From a virus: DNA of 64,000 nucleotides. Positions 61,660 to 64,000 of the stretch are shown one piece after another. The position numbers and the translations under genes are program-made. The stretch lies in IMG/VR virus record IMGVR_UViG_3300000976_000009, positions 237,151 to 301,150 of that record; one strand, written 5' to 3'. The notes beneath the pieces were generated by a model. It worked only from the letters and a program-made list of their open reading frames with translations. It did not search any database and had not been told where the DNA came from. Every line of letters begins with the position of its first letter. Within the stretch, counting starts at the first letter, position 1.

Positions 61660-61808
61660 AATACAAATATAAGGATAATAATTCATTCCACCAAATATAA
61701 CTTGAAGTATTTTTATCTTATATAATATTTGTAAATTAGTTGTGATATTATTTGGTAGTTAGATATATTATCCTTATCTTTACAGAGTCAAATTAAAACA
61801 ATAAAACT

Positions 61809-63729
61809 ATGAGTAATCCAAATTATATTGTCGGTAAATTAAGTATAGCACAAATTACATCTGATAGTTTGTTATATGAAATTGAATTAGCCCTTAAAGG
61901 TCGTGAGGCATTTATTGATAACACACCAATTGAAGAAAAGATTTTTTTAGGTGATGTTTTTCAAGCAATAATTGATGAAGACAAAGTAAGTGCAAAAGCA
62001 ATGGGACAACTTGAAACATTAAATAACCAAGTTGTTGAATTTAATTATATTCAGATTATTTAATTTTGTAAGCATAATATTTGGTTTATTCAGATATTAT
62101 GCTTACCTTTATCAAACGTCAAATTAAATACTATATAATATGAAAGATTTTCCAACATTTGAAAAAATAGAAACAGGGATTGAATTAAATGAAGATTTCA
62201 TTCCTAATTCTAATTTATTATATGATGTTTACCACAATGGTAAAACAACAATAATGGTAAAGCTTCCCGATACACCACAAAATAAAGGTTGTGTTGGGTA
62301 TGACATAGCACCAAAAACATTAATTTATGATATGGACAAACCACTTAGTGAATTTACTGGTGATGAGGTTGAAAGTATTTTAGATTACCGTGGTATGAAT
62401 GTGGTTGATGATGGATTTGAAGCGGCTGATGTTTTTATGGAAATGTCACACGTAACCCTTAGAGGTATTCAAATTGAGGTAACAATGACTGGTACTGCAA
62501 CTGTTAAATTAGAAGACGGTGAAACGTTAGAAGATTTAACCGAAAGATATGGTGACATATACTTACACGGTGCTGGTGAAAATGGTTATGAAGATAAAAC
62601 TGATTTAGGTGGTGACATTACTATTAAAATAGTTTAAAAATAATTCACTTTTTATTTGGTTGTTAACTTATATTGTATTATATTTGTTATGTCAAATTAA
62701 AACAATAGAAATTATGATTAGAGTAGTTATTATGTCGGGAACAGCTTACGGAAAACAAGTAGCTGATATGTCAACAGATTATGATGGTGAAACATTAGCA
62801 GATGAAGGTAATGTTGTCATTTATGGTGAGACAGTTGAACAGATTGAAAAGGAAACGGGACTATCTATACAAATGGTATAGTCCCAACCATCAAACGTCA
62901 AATTAAATATTATATAACATGAATGCATTTCAAATCAATTTACAAACGATTTTATTCTTAACTGATAATTCAGTTTTAGGGGCATATAACGAAAACAAAA
63001 AGATGCTTGTATATAACAAACCACTTTGTCAAGTTGAAACAATGAACCATATTCTAAGTGTTCTAAAGGAGAAAGGAAAAGAAGTTGTATTTACATACCA
63101 AACTGATTCCTTTGGGGTTAATTTCTACGACCCTAAGAGTGGTGGTACTAGTGTATTCCATGAGGTAAAAGGTACAGTAGTTGAAGGAGCAGACCCAATT
63201 GAATACAATGATATTATACCTAAAGAAGAATTTAAAGACTTCTTGAAGGATTTAAAAGAGTTGGATGGTGATGCCTATGAAAGTGAGAGTAAAGATGCGT
63301 TTTTAGATTGTTATGAGTATTGGACGGCTAGAGGTCATAATAGATTTTTAGATAAGGTTGAACTAAATAAAATGAGATTAGAAAGAGAAAAAGCTTAGTA
63401 AAAGTTTGGTAGATTAAAAAAGATTACTTATCTTTACAGAGTCAAATTAAAACTAAAACATTATGTCACAAGCAGTACAATACGCACAAGGATTTTTTTT
63501 ACAATTAGATACTCATAGAAGTGGGGAACTATTAAACGCAATGCCAGTACCTACAATGATTACATTATTGAAGTTTGGTAAGCGAATGAGCCAAGAAGCC
63601 CAAGAAGAAGCAATTGAATGCAAACTATTGGGTCGTGAATTAGAAGCAAATGCAACGGCAAAGGATGTTGGAACAATACAAAAGAACTTAAATTCATTAC
63701 AAAAAGCGTATGATTACGCAATGAATTAA
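61809..63729 (+). other. Five hypothetical CDSs, each behind a GTCAAATTAA leader (61809, 62140, 62714, 62919, 63463)
   Basis: Class-2 leader at 61787, 62118, 62692, 62897 and 63441. Confidence 0.7.
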
Positions 63730-63736
63730 AACCATT

Positions 63737-63836
63737 GAAATAAGATAGTTAAAATAAAATTAATGCGCTACTGACCGAATTAAGTAGGAGGTGGATGTAT
63801 AACTAAAGCAGATACAACTGCGACTTATCTTATTTC
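63737..63836 (+). ncRNA. Putative structured RNA
   Basis: 11-bp closing stem GAAATAAGATA/TATCTTATTTC; CTACT/AGTAG and GCAG/CTGC hairpins. Confidence 0.5.
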
Positions 63837-63864
63837 TTTATCAATTATATGGGTGGCGAGCATA

Positions 63865-63970
63865 GTGATATGTTTTAATTTGACACCAAAAGCAAGGACT
63901 ACGAGAATTTACTTTCGTTATAAAGTCCACACCATTCGAGTACTTGCTTTTATTTTTAGTGTGTCACAAA
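63865..63970 (+). ncRNA. Putative structured RNA containing the complement of the class-2 leader
   Basis: TGTTTTAATTTGAC (63871-63884); stems TGACAC/GTGTCA, AAAAGCAAG/CTTGCTTTT and GGACT/AGTCC. Confidence 0.5.
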
Positions 63971-64000
63971 TATAGTATAACATTAATAAAACAATATAAA

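Noticed and set aside
1121-61686. Most minus-strand ORFs in the track (e.g. 1121, 16757, 20369, 36283, 61399) and + ORFs 12699, 22728 and 59864
   Set aside because: They are shadows of real genes or RNAs on the other strand, with low-complexity I/S/L/F-rich translations and no motifs
23879-63452. Repeated TTTGG...TATATTTG blocks as a CRISPR array or mobile repeats
   Set aside because: Spacing is irregular, each precedes a gene or RNA, and they match the Bacteroidetes -33/-7 promoter consensus; no cas genes are present
1-64000. Bacterial chromosome origin, suggested by infC, smpB, rnr, prs and sufC
   Set aside because: These genes lack their normal operon neighbours (thrS/rpmI/rplT, sufS/sufD) and are embedded among co-oriented tiny phage-type ORFs and homing endonucleases

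Overview
AT-rich, densely packed, almost entirely + strand segment of a large dsDNA phage that infects a Bacteroidetes (probably Flavobacteriaceae-like) host. The host call rests on dozens of TTTG(-33)/TAnnTTTG(-7) promoters and A-rich translation starts without Shine-Dalgarno sites. No virion structural genes are recognisable; this looks like the early/accessory region. The first ~26 kb encodes a host-takeover kit for nucleotides, RNA ends and translation: a Mom-like DNA modifier, sirtuin, PRPP synthetase, Thg1, several HAD and metallo-phosphoesterases, Nudix, IF3, a stand-alone tRNA-binding domain, RNase R, SmpB, a primary-type sigma70, a 2OG-Fe oxygenase and a SufB/D-CTD fusion plus SufC. 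The rest is mostly small hypothetical proteins, plus a DenV-like glycosylase, a UvrD helicase and a gp88-like protein. The most striking feature is a family of seven tRNA-shaped RNAs, none of them a normal tRNA. Each keeps an acceptor stem and T-arm and ends N-C(A/T)A. The middle differs: anticodon arm deleted (28025), anticodon loop shrunk (48363), a 112-nt variable arm (36900), or ~100-170 nt structured inserts (38262, 38455, 38664, and a 225-nt tag-less tmRNA-like RNA at 48040). They lie among several other closed-stem ncRNAs. Other notable items: two sRNA candidates antisense to the two conserved early-leader motifs; a duplicated minus-strand ncRNA scaffold; a MraZ-box-like 10-bp-periodic GTGG array; and two start-codon-less ORFs behind a 64-bp promoter repeat. 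All folds were read by eye and no searches were run.
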